NCBI RefSeq assembly: GCF_006345805.1
Contig: NC_043004.1
Coordinates: 49,724,001 to 49,788,000, forward strand
Source: Octopus sinensis
Lineage: Eukaryota
Length of the DNA: 64,000 bases
Direction: 5' to 3'
In this document: in pieces, positions 1 to 13,029 of the stretch
Numbering within the stretch: position 1 is the first letter of the stretch
How the letters are laid out: each line of letters opens with the position of its first letter
Program-made: the position numbers and the translations under genes
The notes under the pieces: generated by a model
The model's input: only the letters and a program-made list of their open reading frames with translations
Databases searched by the model: none
What the model was told of the DNA's origin: nothing

Positions 1-160
1 CAATCAACTTCTGTCATGCAAATTCAAAATGGCTGATGACTAGCATCACGCTTGAAACTCAAGAGTACCAACGAATTTGAATCAAACTGTTTTGATCGAT
101 CCATATATTTATACATACATACATACATAATACATACATACATAAATACATACATATATA

Positions 161-240
<80 letters not shown>

Positions 241-405
241 CAGGGAGAATTCACAAAAAATTCAAAAGACGAAGACAGGTGGTGTAGACAAGAAACAGAT
301 GTATTAGTATAACGCTCGGGAAGTGAAAAGTCTTTAACGTTTCGAGCCTACGCTCTTCCACAGAAAGGAACATAGAAAGAAACAAGGAGAGAAAATAGTC
401 GCTAG

Positions 406-410
<5 letters not shown>
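241..410 (-). mobile_element. Penelope-type terminal-repeat fragment with minimal hammerhead-like fold
   Basis: Minus strand of 332-367 reads cttt-CTGTGGA-A-GAGC(gtag)GCTC-GAAACGTT-aaag. This gives stem I cttt/aaag, a variant CUGANGA core, stem II, and GAAA followed by palindromic AACGTT, the layout of minimal type I hammerheads in Penelope-like elements. Confidence 0.5.
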
Positions 411-440
<30 letters not shown>

Positions 441-1628
441 CAGGGTGTGTAAGGTTTTTGAGGACATACCTTTTTAAGATCATTGCTACGTTTTTTATTA
501 ACCTTGTATAATATTTTTTTCAAAAAATAACAAGGCAGACGCTCTGCTTACTCAAGAAATGAAGAGGCATGCTGTTATTGTGATTATAGAGGCTGAGCAT
601 AGTGATTTAGAAATATCTCGAGTTTTAGAAGTTGCCAGATCTTTCGCCTACAAAGTTTGTAAAGAGCTAGAGACTGAAGATGGAAACGTATCACTAGTAT
701 CAAAACATAAAAAGAATTCTAAAAACTCTGAAATCATCAGAACACCAATAAGTTCAATAGACCATTGATTTCAATCCCAGAAAGTCCATGATGCCAATTG
801 CAAAAGATCTCTATGTGTGAGAAGGAGCAGTTAGAAATGTTGTCCACGAAGACATCGGATATAAGTCTTATATAAGGAAAGGTCAATTTGTCCGAGAAAG
901 CAAAAGAAAATCACTATATCAGATCTATAAGGCTCTTAAACAAACTGAAAAATCCAACAGGAGAAGATTTGATTTGGTTTGTCTTAAACGAGAAAAACTT
1001 GACCAAGATCAAAAAGTTAACATAAGAAATGACAGACGATTATCTGCAGACCCTTCTGCAGTTCCAAGCGTTATGCATACAAAATTTCCTGAAACTGCTA
1101 TGGTTTTAGTGGTTGTCAGCAATGAAGGGTATGTGATGCCTCCTTACTTGTTTCTACAAAGCCTTAGAGTTAACCCTGCCACCTTGAGTTTCAGTAAGAT
1201 TATACTATCACACATGGTTCAAGTAACACAGGAATGGATAGCTGAAAGTTTTCTTGATCACGTAACCTCTAACATTTGGCCTCCTAATTCCCCAGATCTC
1301 AATCCATTGGACTATTAAATGAGGAGCGTTGTTGATAGAGAGGTCAGTGAACACGCCCATAACACTAAAGATTCTATGAAAGCTGCCATAGTCAGATTAA
1401 TGTCCAAAATGTGACCAGGACCACTTGATTCAAGCATGTAGATGTTTTATATCTCATATAGAAGCAATTGTTGAAGCCGAAGGTGGCTTTATTGAATAAC
1501 ATTATAGAAAAGAAGGTTCATTTTTATCCTCATAGCAATTTTTGATAAATAAAGTTATTATCTGTTATTATATATCTTTTTTTTTTTTAATAAACATAAA
1601 TATGTCCTCAAATATCTTACACACCCTG
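441..1628 (+). mobile_element. Tc1/mariner-superfamily DNA transposon, full-length boundaries, dead transposase
   Basis: TIRs CAGGGTGTGTAAGGTTTTTGAGGACATA (441-468) and TATGTCCTCAAATATCTTACACACCCTG (1601-1628), each flanked by TA. Broken ORFs 559-768 (HTH-like N-terminus) and 974-1318 end in WPPNSPDLNPLDY, the DDD/E motif. Confidence 0.92.
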
Positions 1629-1815
1629 TATAATCTCAAGTATAAACAGCCGAAGTTGCAAAGATAATCTGGAACTCGACTGAGGAAAGAAAACTTCGAA
1701 TGACCCGTCCGTGTTTTTTCTTGACCCTCTTTTGTATCATCTATCTGGATGTTTTGTTGTCCTTTTTTGTATCATTTTTTTGTGTCTGGATGTTCTTGTC
1801 CCATTTTTTGTACTT

Positions 1816-1854
<39 letters not shown>

Positions 1855-2261
1855 AAGACAGGACTGTATTAGCTTAGTACTGTTTCTGCTACAAGATGCA
1901 GTGCATTTCACTTTTGAAGCAATAAGGTGATGCACATGCACTCATCTCTGCGTGCACTGCATATTATCGCAGAATCAACTGTAAGCTAATGAATTTCATT
2001 GCATAATTTCCTGTTCCTTTGTCATTATTTATTTTCATATTACGCTCTGTACTTGACTAATGCTTTATTCTGAAGCATATATATATATTGAGCCCTAACA
2101 CAAGAATCTAAATATCGCTTTGCCTAAGCGAATATATATATATACATATGTGTGTGTGTATGTATGTATGCATAATTCTTTCCTTAAAGCAGTTGAACTC
2201 GACGTTGACAAATATATATATGAATATATATATTATATATGTATGTGTGTATGTGTGTGTG

Positions 2262-2311
<50 letters not shown>

Positions 2312-2349
2312 GCGTGTGTGTAATAAAATAATTGTATTGAATACAAACA

Positions 2350-2530
2350 CAGCAGTTTTAAGAGAAGGTAACTGGTCGATTACAGCGAAACTCGTACTTA
2401 ATTTATTCCTTCCCTTAGGGATGAAATACAAAGTTTACTTCTGTGAGATTTGATCTCAGAACGTAAGAAGCCGGTGCTAATTCCCCCAGGCATTTCGTCC
2501 GACGCTCTAGTGCATCTACTCATTCACCAT
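2350..2530 (-). mobile_element. tRNA-derived SINE (family A), degraded
   Basis: Reverse complement matches the family A body (acgttctgagatcaaatc, tttcatccct, aagtac, gtaatcgacc) seen elsewhere in the window. Confidence 0.6.
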
Positions 2531-2892
2531 CCAAATAAAGTAACAAAATAAGACCATCGAGCTTAGTTGCATGAAAGAAATCAACAAATGAAGTAATTTC
2601 TAAAGAAAATTGTAAGACGTCTTACCTCGTACAAATATAGGGCAACGACTTCCGGCTCCTTTCGTTGTTGCAACTCGTGAATAAATGATAAGCTTGCAAA
2701 ATCTGAACTTGAACTGTTATAATGACATTTTGTGACATATTGTTCCCACTGGGTTTTATAACATTAAACTTACGAGACTTACTGGTGGACAGAGGTGCAA
2801 AAACTAATGGTCACGGTATTTTTATAAAGGGTATGACACCCCATCTCTAATATTTTTAGCTTTGAGTGACAATGACGAAACAATAACGTATA

Positions 2893-3060
2893 GGCGCATG
2901 CGTGGCTGTGTGGTAAGAAGCTTGCTTCCCAAACACATGGTTCCGGGTTCATTCCTACTGCGTGGCACCATGAGCAAATGTCTTCTACTATATCCTCGGG
3001 CCGACCAAAACCTTGTGAGTGGATTTGGCAGACGGAAAATGAAAGAAGCCCGTCGTATAC

Positions 3061-3104
<44 letters not shown>

Positions 3105-3305
3105 TTGTGTCTGTATTTCTTCCACCATCACCACTTGAAAACCGGTGTTAGTGTACTTACGTCCCCGTAACTTTTTCGACAAAAAGAGTCTGATAGAATA
3201 AGTACTAGGTTTTAAAAAAACGTCCTGCGGTAATTTTGTTCGACTAAAGCTCTTCAAAGCGAGCTCCCGCATGGTCGCAGTCAAATGACCGAAACAAATA
3301 AAAAA
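2893..3305 (+). mobile_element. tRNA-derived SINE (family B) with internal (TA)/(TG) tract
   Basis: Head ggcgca..tggctgtgtggtaagaagcttgc (box A) and ggttccgggttca (box B); same body as 36250-36650, 41764-42135 and 45172-45625. Confidence 0.85.
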
Positions 3306-3394
3306 AATACAAATCCTGTAATCAACGGTATGTGTTCTAACGTCTGAAAGCGTTCGAAGACGACGATGAAAACGTTCTTGAATAGAGAAACATA

Positions 3395-3410
3395 GTTATC
3401 ATCATCATCA

Positions 3411-3455
<45 letters not shown>

Positions 3456-3482
3456 TCGTCGTCATCGTCATCATCGTCGTCG

Positions 3483-3530
<48 letters not shown>

Positions 3531-3543
3531 CCATCATCATCAA
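3395..3543. repeat. Compound (TCA)/(TCG)/(GCC) trinucleotide microsatellite
   Basis: Directly visible; it produces the poly-Met ORF 3337-3543. Confidence 0.95.
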
Positions 3544-4147
3544 CCAGTTGAGTGACTTCTCCGGATCAACATGTCATATTGGTGTTTCGATAGCTGAATG
3601 TCTCACTTGCGCATGTCTCAACTACAGATGATAGAAGTAGTTCGCTCACTGAACTGGTTGAACCTGGCTGCTAACATTTTGTTGCCTGTTCGTCCGCTCA
3701 GCATCAAGCGATATCTGCCACTGACTCAGTAAGTTCAGCTGCCGAAATAGTTTACATTGCTGTATCCCAAGATTTCTGTTGGCTAGGTTGGCTGGGATGG
3801 TTTTAAGTGGCTACTTGGTGCTAGACCTTGCGAAGGGGCCACCCATAATTTGCTTCAGAGCTGTTTATTCCCATATTTACCATTAACCTTTTTTTTTACA
3901 TGCTAATTAACCCATAGTTGGAACCCTCACAGGTATTGCTACTTCGGGTCGGGCAAGACTTGGGAACAATAATGGCTAAGAGGTGGTTCCACACTCCTGA
4001 AAACTCTGTAATTCTCAAACTAGAACCACACTAGTTGATGCACTTTAAAATCATGCACAGAACGTAGTTATAAACATAGTAATATTGTTGAAGAATCAAC
4101 ACACTTGGGCTAGCTGCTGTCATTGCTGCTCGAGTGATTAAACATAA

Positions 4148-4350
4148 GACGGCGAGCTGGTAGAATTCGTTAGCACGCCGTAAAAAGAAAAGTGCTAAGC
4201 GGTATTTTTTACTGCTTTAGGTTCTGAGTTCAAATTCTATTGAGGTCGATTGTGACCTTTTGGGGCTGATAAAATTAGTATCAGTTGAGCACTGGGGTTG
4301 ATGTTATCGACCAACCTCGCTCCCTCAAAATTGTTGGCCTTGTCTCAAAT
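4148..4350 (+). mobile_element. tRNA-derived SINE (family A)
   Basis: gacggcgagctggtagaattcgttagcacgccg head, gttctgagttcaaattc box B, actggggttgatgttatcgac body. Confidence 0.8.
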
Positions 4351-5429
4351 AGAGAAATACAAATAATTAAGCATAAATAATATTTATCTCTTCACAAGGA
4401 TCCACACATCTTTTCTGCAGAGTTAAACCGATGAAAAATAATTCTCACCCTAGACAAGATGCTGTTTCCACCGGAGGATTTAAACTCAGTATTGGGATAT
4501 TCCATTAATATTCCATTAATACTTTCAGAGGTGAATTTTCTCACCCATATTAATTACATACAGCTAATAATGTCCGTGAACACAATACAATACCCGCATC
4601 AGAATTATAAACCACTGATCTCTAGTATCTCTTCACCTAATCAACTTAGCCAGCTATGGCCATTACATTGGCTAATTTAATAAATTGAATATATTTAACT
4701 GTTCATTTATTATGTTTTATAGATACCGAAGGAGAGGAAAAAGTGCCGAACTAAATACCTAACAATATTTAGTTTTGCCCGTCTAAATTCTTATTTTTAA
4801 CGTAGGTGCAATGCCATATATTTTAAAGGAGAGACAACAGACTCTTTCAACCTTTACTAAATGTACTTATGTTTTTCAGTCTGGAAAATAAAAGACGAAA
4901 ACGACTCTCGCGGGATTTGAACTTAAAAGATTCATTGCTCTACTGTGTTTTCTAACATAATCACATGACCACATTCAAATGATACTAGTATTTCGTTTTT
5001 ATCTTACCGACCCGTAAATGCCAATAAGGCAAGTTAACCTCAGTAAGATTTTAGCTCAGAACGTGAAAATTTATGATTAATATCGTGTTTTTATTATCTT
5101 ATCTATGATTTCAATTCAGAACTGCCAGCTACAGAAACGTTCGTTAATGCATCATTATTTAGAAGGAACTTAAGATGGCGAACTGACAGAATCGTCAGCA
5201 CGCCTGTTGGTGTATGTCGTCTTTATTACGAAAGGTCAGTGAAAATTGTGAAAAATGGAAAAATTGTGTTTTATCTTGTTAATGACTCGCATTATTGAAC
5301 ACTTGTATTGCTGTTTTACGGCTCAATTGTTTTGCACTGTTCCCTTTTTGTAGGGGGCTGCGTAGCTTCAATGATGTTCTATAGCGTGAGCTCTTCTGAA
5401 TATTTTTCCTCAGAAGAGGAACTCCTCAG

Positions 5430-6060
5430 AGCAACTGAAAACGTAGACAAGATGAATTTTGCAAAGGCAGCTAAAAGTCACCAGAAAAATATTAATTTAA
5501 ACCAGATTGGAAGGTTTAAATGAACTATTGAAAAAGGATGGAAGTAATGTAAATGTGTCCCTGCCCAAAATGTCATGTTAAGTCAAAAGGAGAAATTAAT
5601 TATATTTCGAACGCTTTCGGCAGAGGGTAAAAAAATTGAAGTAATCGCTCCAAGTCAAATTGAAAAAGCACTTAAGCCCATATGGGGCGAAATAATGCAC
5701 ATTAAAAGAGGCATGAAGTACGAGACAGTGGGGGTGCGGTTCAGGGATACAGTAACCGCAGGCTGCACTCTGTAACCCTGCAGATAACGGAGGATATAGT
5801 GCTCCTACCCATCTACCTAGGAAGGTGTACTTCCAAAGCGAAGGTGGAGGACATACCCCCAGAGATAAATGTAGCCTGGTTAGTAGACGCGATCCTGTTA
5901 GGCTTGGAGGAGAAAGTGGTGGTCCTCCAAGCCACGTGCACGGCCCATAAGAACATGAGCTCGAGTTATTAAGTCAAGCCACCCCAGAAGACATTGAAAA
6001 GATCATAGAAACCATCGCGGTGGAAGATGTAGTGCTGAGGGTTAAAGTGGAGGGCTGAAT
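5430..6060 (+). pseudogene. Tx1/L1-clade LINE ORF1 remnant
   Basis: The frameshifted translation KRGMKYETVGVRFRDTVTA..LLPIYLGRCTSKAKVEDIPPEINVAWLVDAILLGLEE aligns by eye with the ORF1 at 31.6-31.9 kb (RGRAYRMVDVRFCTEEDAKHHS..LLAPFYCGQRVAKLIIQQV..WLIAAL). Confidence 0.65.
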
Positions 6061-6439
6061 CTCTAGATGCTATCATTAGCCATTATTGTTCCCATGTCTT
6101 GCCCGATAGAATAAGTAACAGTTAAGCACTGGGGTCGATGAAAGCAACTTATTCTTCCTCTTAAAAATTATCGATCTTCTGTAAAACTTTGAAACTTCTA
6201 TTTAGAAGGATAAAGTAAGGCGGTAGACTGGCAGAATCGCTGAAGTACCGGAAAAATTGCTTTCCACTTAACTGCTGAGTTCAAATCTCGCCGAGGTCAA
6301 CTTCGCCTTTCACCCTTAAGGGGTCGATAAAATAAAGTACCAATTAAGTACTGAAATCTATGGTATCAACTAACTCCTCCCCTCAAAAGTGCTGACCTTG
6401 TTCATACATCAGAAAGTTGGTGGAGCCGCAGAAGCTGTT

Positions 6440-6745
6440 AGTATCTTCTGGTACTTAATTCTCACTTTCTGTTCTTTGATCAAATCATGCCCTGGCTGAC
6501 TTTGTTTTTCATCCTTCCAGGGGTCGATATAAGTACTAGTCATATAATAAGGTCGTTTATAGCAACAACTCCATCAATAATTTGTGGCCTTGTGCCGATG
6601 TCAGGAACCTTGTCTTCTGGTACTTAATTCTCATTTTCTGTTCTGCGATCAAATCCTGCTCTGGCTAACGTTGTTTCTCATCCTTCCAGTCATGTAATAA
6701 GGTCGCTTATAATTTATGGCCTTGTGCCGATGTCAGGAACCTTGT
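6440..6745 (+). repeat. Head-less tandem dimer of family A SINE body
   Basis: tcttctggtacttaattctca...ggccttgtgccgatgtcaggaaccttg occurs twice in tandem; the second copy has internal deletions. Confidence 0.75.
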
Positions 6746-7779
6746 TTTTCATACCTTTTTGTTTTTCCCTAATCGAATTCACGGAAACCCTTACAGTTTT
6801 TTTGGTTTGATTCTTATAATGTAATTCATAGGTCGCCCTTAAGACACACAAAAAAGAAAAAAGTAAAGGAAAAAAAAAAATTATTATTTATCAGAATCGA
6901 TAGGGCATCGGGAAAACGCCATGACAAACATGATCTGGTTCTTTACGTTCTGAGTTCAAATCCTACTGGAATCAACTTCTTACATCCCTCAAAAATAAAC
7001 AAAATAAATTATCAGTCACCTAGTGAAATCAGTTCAAACTATAACTCCTCTCACCGAATTTCTGGCCATGTGCCTATGTTAAAATTTATCATTATTATTT
7101 ATAACCCTATAAAAAGAAGTTATTATTGTTAAAATGAGTAGGAATTATTACTATTACCCTCATACACAGTTTGTGGTACGCGCACTTCTCCAAAGCTGTT
7201 CTGTGACTTTAATGTTAAATAGACTTGTCAAAAGTTTTTGTTACGTGATCAGTACTTTGAAGTTCCATCTTTTTATATTTGTTGATGTAATTTTTTCATT
7301 TTCTCTGTATGAAACTTCACTACTCTCAACACTGCTCCTATAATGACAGAGGTTATTTTTCTGTGTATATATTACGTTTCCGATATTTCTATTTCAAACT
7401 TGGAGAGTTTTTCAACGTTGTTATGTCCCTTTATAATTGTAACTTAGTAATAAGACAAATAGAAAAAAATAAAATAACCAACATACCGAAATGAGCTCTG
7501 CAGATGATATTATGGCAACTGAAATTTGAGCTCAGAATGACAGCAACTGAGATACAAATGGTAGTAAAAAGGCGTGTGAGAACCCTAATTACTTGGTTTC
7601 GATAGTCTGCCTTATGAACTTTACATATATATGTCACTCCTGTCTACTGAAACTGCAACATAACAGGAGAATTTTAATTTCATTAAGCTGAATATTGGTT
7701 GCGCTGTTGAGGAATGACTTGAACAAAGAATTGTCATTAGTATTTTTCGACCTATAACTTAGCTGAATGCAGATTTTAA

Positions 7780-8700
7780 GATTTTGGATTTAAATAATTG
7801 CAAAGGCAATGGCGCTAGTCAGTTGTTTGATTGGAAAAGTACAAACCTATGCAATGCCGGGCAGAACTATCCATGATATTCCTACCTCATACAATACATC
7901 ATAAGGAAAGTGGGAAACAAACTTGATTTTGGTGCGGTTCTGATCAATCCTATCAATCAGAAATTTCCGATAGGGTCGGTATTCTTTACTTGAGAGCTAT
8001 CTGCAAAGCAGCTGGTTTCAATCCTATCTTCAGAGGCTACGCTGCTTCAATGTATTTGCGGCTCCTACTTGGTGGCCAAACTAAATGAATACCAATCAGA
8101 ACTATTTGGAATCATGTGCTTTGTCATCAAGGGTAGTTTCTGTTACCCTTCCTGTATATAATGCTTCTTCAAACTCAACTAGGGAAACTGGAAAAGTAGC
8201 GCGACATCCCGTTCGAACTGTCACACAGAAAAGTCGTATCGATAACTGCAGAGAAAGTTCTTGTAATGATATCGGTTACTACGGAAGTCCAGATGGTCAG
8301 AACTGTTCTAAAGGAATATGGACAGATTACAGGAGCAAAAACTAAGTCGAACCAGCCGGGCCAGTTTGAGATGCATGCAGAACTACGAAGAAGAAAGTGA
8401 GGGCAGAGGTACTTAACCCGTAAATTTGTTGAAAGGCGAGTGAAAGTTGTGAACGTTGCCCAAGTGAACGAGCCTGCTGCCAGTGTGCACTTGTAACCTG
8501 AAGAATGATCACTGAGAGAGGTAGTTAGGATAATCTTAGGTCCGTGGGATTCTTTGATTGTCCTATCTAGTAGTCCTATGCTAAGAATATTAGAAAAAAT
8601 CTTGTATATTGTATTAATTTCTGATTCGATTTCAATGTATATCCCACCCATTTGTTGTAACCTAACCTTGTAAGGTCCCCTGAGCTATTACCTTTGTAAT
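7780..8700 (+). pseudogene. Tx1/L1-clade LINE ORF2 reverse-transcriptase remnant, heavily degraded
   Basis: Pieces GRTIHDI..LIQYIIRKVGNKLDFGAVLIN, KISDRVGILYLRAICKAAGFNPIFRG and LKEYGQITGAK match L1/Tx1 RT motifs (GRxIHDN..., DQSKAFDRV..., LKxYExxTGAKIN). Confidence 0.7.
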
Positions 8701-9509
8701 AAAGAAAAGAAGTTATTATTCTTAAATAATTAAAATGGTTGGTAGATGACCCAAACCTTTAGAGTGTTGGAAAAATGCCTTGTTCCGGCTCTTTATATTT
8801 TATGCTAAAGGGATCAATTAAGTTAAAGTACAAACCAAGCGAATACTAAGGTTAATGTAATCGGCTAATATTCCTACTCTCGAAATTGCAGGCCTCGTGC
8901 TTAGATTAAAAACAATTATTTACGGTAGTGAATTGGCAGAATTGTTAGAGCATCGGGAGACACGCTATAAGGCTTTATTTTTTCGGTTCTTTACGTCCTG
9001 AGTTCAAATCAGACCGAGGTCATCTTTGCCTTTCAACTTTCGATAAAATAAACAATTACTGTTTAATAGTAGTTATGCACTCCCTGTACTTTATCCTCGT
9101 ACGTTAATAGACATTATTCTAACAATTCCTGGAACGGTGAATGTTGAGATTATTCATAACGGGATTTGAACTCAAAACAACGTCAAAACACTAAAACATT
9201 ACGCCCACCTCTTTACCAACCACGTCATCCAGTGGTAATACCATCATAACATTTTATCGAACCGGGAAGGTCAGCTGGTCTTAGCTTGAGGCCAGGGGTG
9301 AGAACGGCTATTATGATGATAATGTCAATGACGATGATGATGTTGATGCTGCTTGTGTGTACACGTGGTGTGCGTATGTGTGAGAGAAAAAGTGTGTATG
9401 TATGTGTGCTAATCCAGCTGACATCGTAGTGAAACGAATGGCAGACGACACACACAAGAGGCAGACGATTGTCATGTGACCCGCATCTTCCTATTTTAAG
9501 AACATTTAT

Positions 9510-9513
9510 CTGC

Positions 9514-9582
<69 letters not shown>

Positions 9583-10923
9583 ATATATATACGTATAGAT
9601 AGATTTATTGGTAGATAGATAAAGAGAGAGAAAAACGAGAGAGAAAAAGAAAGAGAGAGAAAGAAAGAGAAACAGTTAGGAGGAAAAAGAAAAATAATAC
9701 TTCAAGCGTTATATCATGCTGTTCACATTCTCGTTTTTGTTCTTTTTGAGTTCTGTGATTTTGTGATTTTGTGAATTGAAGAGAGAGGAAAAAATATAAT
9801 TTCATATTATAGAAAAGTTTTTCTTTTGACTAATCACGCTTCTACTTCAGAGAAATAAATTGAGAGGAAGAGAGTGAAAGATAGAAAGAGGGGAAAGAGA
9901 GAAGTAAACAAAGCTAATCAGAAAGATCGAAAGAGGGAGAGAGGTAGGGAGAGTAGAAGAGAGATAGAGAGTGGAAGAGAAAGACAGAGAAAGAGAGAAA
10001 GAGTGAGAGAGAGAGAGAGGGAGAGACAGACCGAGACAGGGAAGGAAGGTGTTATAAGCAAAGTTGCACACACACACACACACACACACACACTTTCTAT
10101 CTCTCGCCCTCTCTCTCTTTCTCTTTCTTTCTTTGCCTCTCTCTCACTTTTTCTCACGCACACACAAATAACGTGTATTTAATGCAAATTATTTTGTTTT
10201 ATCCTTAACGCTTTAAGCCCATGTTGGAATACAACGTTCAGTAAATATAAGTAATTTTTACATTACTGACCTCGGTGGATCAAAGATAAAGTGAGCCTGA
10301 GAGTGATTTGAACTCAAAACTGAGTGATAATTCTAAATGTTGATTTCTAACTGAGACACCAGAGACAGAAGGACAAGAGTGTTGGAGGAGGAAGAATTTA
10401 GCGATTTAATAGCTACATGTTTTATAATTTAGCAATGATTAATAGCTACATGTTTTATAAAAGGGTCGACCTTGGTGGGATATGAACACGGAACATAACA
10501 CGACAGAGAATAAAATAGAGAGATATTTGAAGAAGATGAAGAAGAAGAAGAAGAAGAAGAAGAAGAAGAAGAAGAAGACGAAGAAGAAGTAGAAGAAGAA
10601 GAAGAGATGAGGAAGAAGTAGAAGAAGAAGAAGAAGAAACCACAATAACCAGGAGAAAGTTAGAAGGAGAAGACATGAAAGCTACCACCATCACCACCAC
10701 CACCACCACCACCACCACCACCGTCACTACCACCACCGCCACTACTACCACCATGTTTTCATCATGATCACTCAGGAAATGAGATTGAAGAGACTAGACG
10801 AGAGGTCAATAAGGTCAAATACTGTTGGTATTTTCCTTATTTCCCCATTGTCAATGACGTCACATTGAGAATATACCTTCATCTGCTGTATTTATCATAC
10901 AACCACACATACACATCGATTCG

Positions 10924-10977
<54 letters not shown>

Positions 10978-10984
10978 ATATACA

Positions 10985-11060
<76 letters not shown>

Positions 11061-11272
11061 GCATATACACACACATATGCATTTCAGTCTACTTATCATT
11101 TTATCTCGTACTCTGTTTTTTCTTAATTCCCCCAAAATTTCTTTTTCTTTGTTTTTCCATGCCTCTATTTATACACACAGACACGAAGACACATATTTTC
11201 TGCACTGCATACATACATACATAATATATATATATGTGTGCGTGTGTGTGTGTGTGTGTGTGTTTGTGTGTG

Positions 11273-11317
<45 letters not shown>

Positions 11318-11400
11318 GTGTATGTATGCGCGTGCGTGTGTGTGTGTAATCATAAATACGTATATATATATGTATGTAATCATATATACATGCTTGTATA

Positions 11401-11435
<35 letters not shown>

Positions 11436-11436
11436 G

Positions 11437-11483
<47 letters not shown>

Positions 11484-11529
11484 TATATATATGTGGTAAG
11501 GCAACTCGTTGCTGAACCCTTATTGCTTA

Positions 11530-11564
<35 letters not shown>

Positions 11565-11700
11565 CATACATACATACATACATACATACATACATACATA
11601 CATACATGTATACATATATATGCATGTACACATACATCTATACATAGATACATGCATACATAAATACGTATCATTTTACTATTTATATATATAAGTGTAA
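9510..11700. repeat. Microsatellite cluster: (TA)n, (GA)n, (GAA)n, (CAC)n, (TG)n, (CATA)n
   Basis: Directly visible long simple repeats, the source of many spurious ORFs. Confidence 0.95.
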
Positions 11701-12113
11701 GTATATTTTCCGTCATCATTCACACTCGCACACACAACTCCCCCCTTCACTCTCATTCTCCGTCTTTCTCCCTCATGTCTTAAAAACAGCAATAAACAGT
11801 GATTGTAACGCAATGAGGACAGCGGCACACGGCTCACACAAACGCCTTGAGTCACTCAAGGGTGTGGTGTGTGTACCTGGGCAATGAATACGTCATCATA
11901 ACAGCCATTCAGGGCCACACACTCAGAACTAGGGGCCCTTATCTAACTGTAATGCTGGACCACTGTTTAGTCTACTTCAGCCACGTGAGCTCCCTTTCAT
12001 TGACCTAGAGGGCGCTTACAGCTAATTGATACAAATATATAGAGAGATACTGAAAATACATGTATACGCATGCATGTACGCGTACAGAATTTGTGTGTGT
12101 GTGTGTGTGTGGT

Positions 12114-12150
<37 letters not shown>

Positions 12151-12308
12151 GTGTGTGTGCATGTGTGCGTGTGTGTGCACAGACACATCTATACATATAT
12201 ACAGATACAAAACATAACCATCCATTCACACTTTCATTCGAGTTCACAATCACACTGGAAGTGTTTTTTTCCCCAGGCGTGTTGCTCTTATTAGTATGGA
12301 CACACACA

Positions 12309-12374
<66 letters not shown>

Positions 12375-12509
12375 ACACACAAACATGCATACACATATAT
12401 GCACACATGCATTCACACTCGTAGGCATATAACTGCGTGCATATGTATATACGCATACACACATGTATTCATGCGCGTGTGCGTGCGTGTGTGTGTGTGT
12501 GTGTGTGTG

Positions 12510-12544
<35 letters not shown>

Positions 12545-13029
12545 AAGTGTGTGTGTGTGTGTGTGTGTAGATCAATTGATTGAGAAGGTAAATAATTGAA
12601 AACCAAGTGTCACATCTAATAATTTCACGAGTGTATAATAAGAAAGTTTTGTGGAGTGTATTGCAATCATTTCTGCATTCTTCAGGGATTCTTGAAGGAC
12701 CTTTACTGCCTGGGAACCAGTAATTCTGTGTGGTTAAGGCCAGCATCCAGTTATTGTAGATGAAGTAGCGGAAGAATCATTTAGGGTTCTGAACCCTTAT
12801 TCTGAGAAACATTTAAAACATATGTTAGAAATACATGATTTGAGATGAGATGAGATGCATAACACTCAGGCAACTCCTCCTCCTCCTCCTCCTCCTACTA
12901 CTACTACTACTACCACTACTACTAATGCTGCTGCTGCGGCTACTACTACTCGTGCGCGCGCACACACTCACTGAGAGAGAGATAGAAATAAAGAAGGAGA
13001 CAGTGAAGGAGATAGAACATAAATATTAG

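Noticed and set aside
1676-1712. CTGAGGA-AAG-AAAA-CTT-CGAAT..GTC as a hammerhead
   Set aside because: It has GAAT instead of GAAA, a weak stem II and no convincing stem I; at most a decayed relic.
8175-8651. 158-aa minus-strand ORF as a host gene
   Set aside because: The opposite strand carries recognisable Tx1 RT motifs, so the ORF is an antisense by-product.
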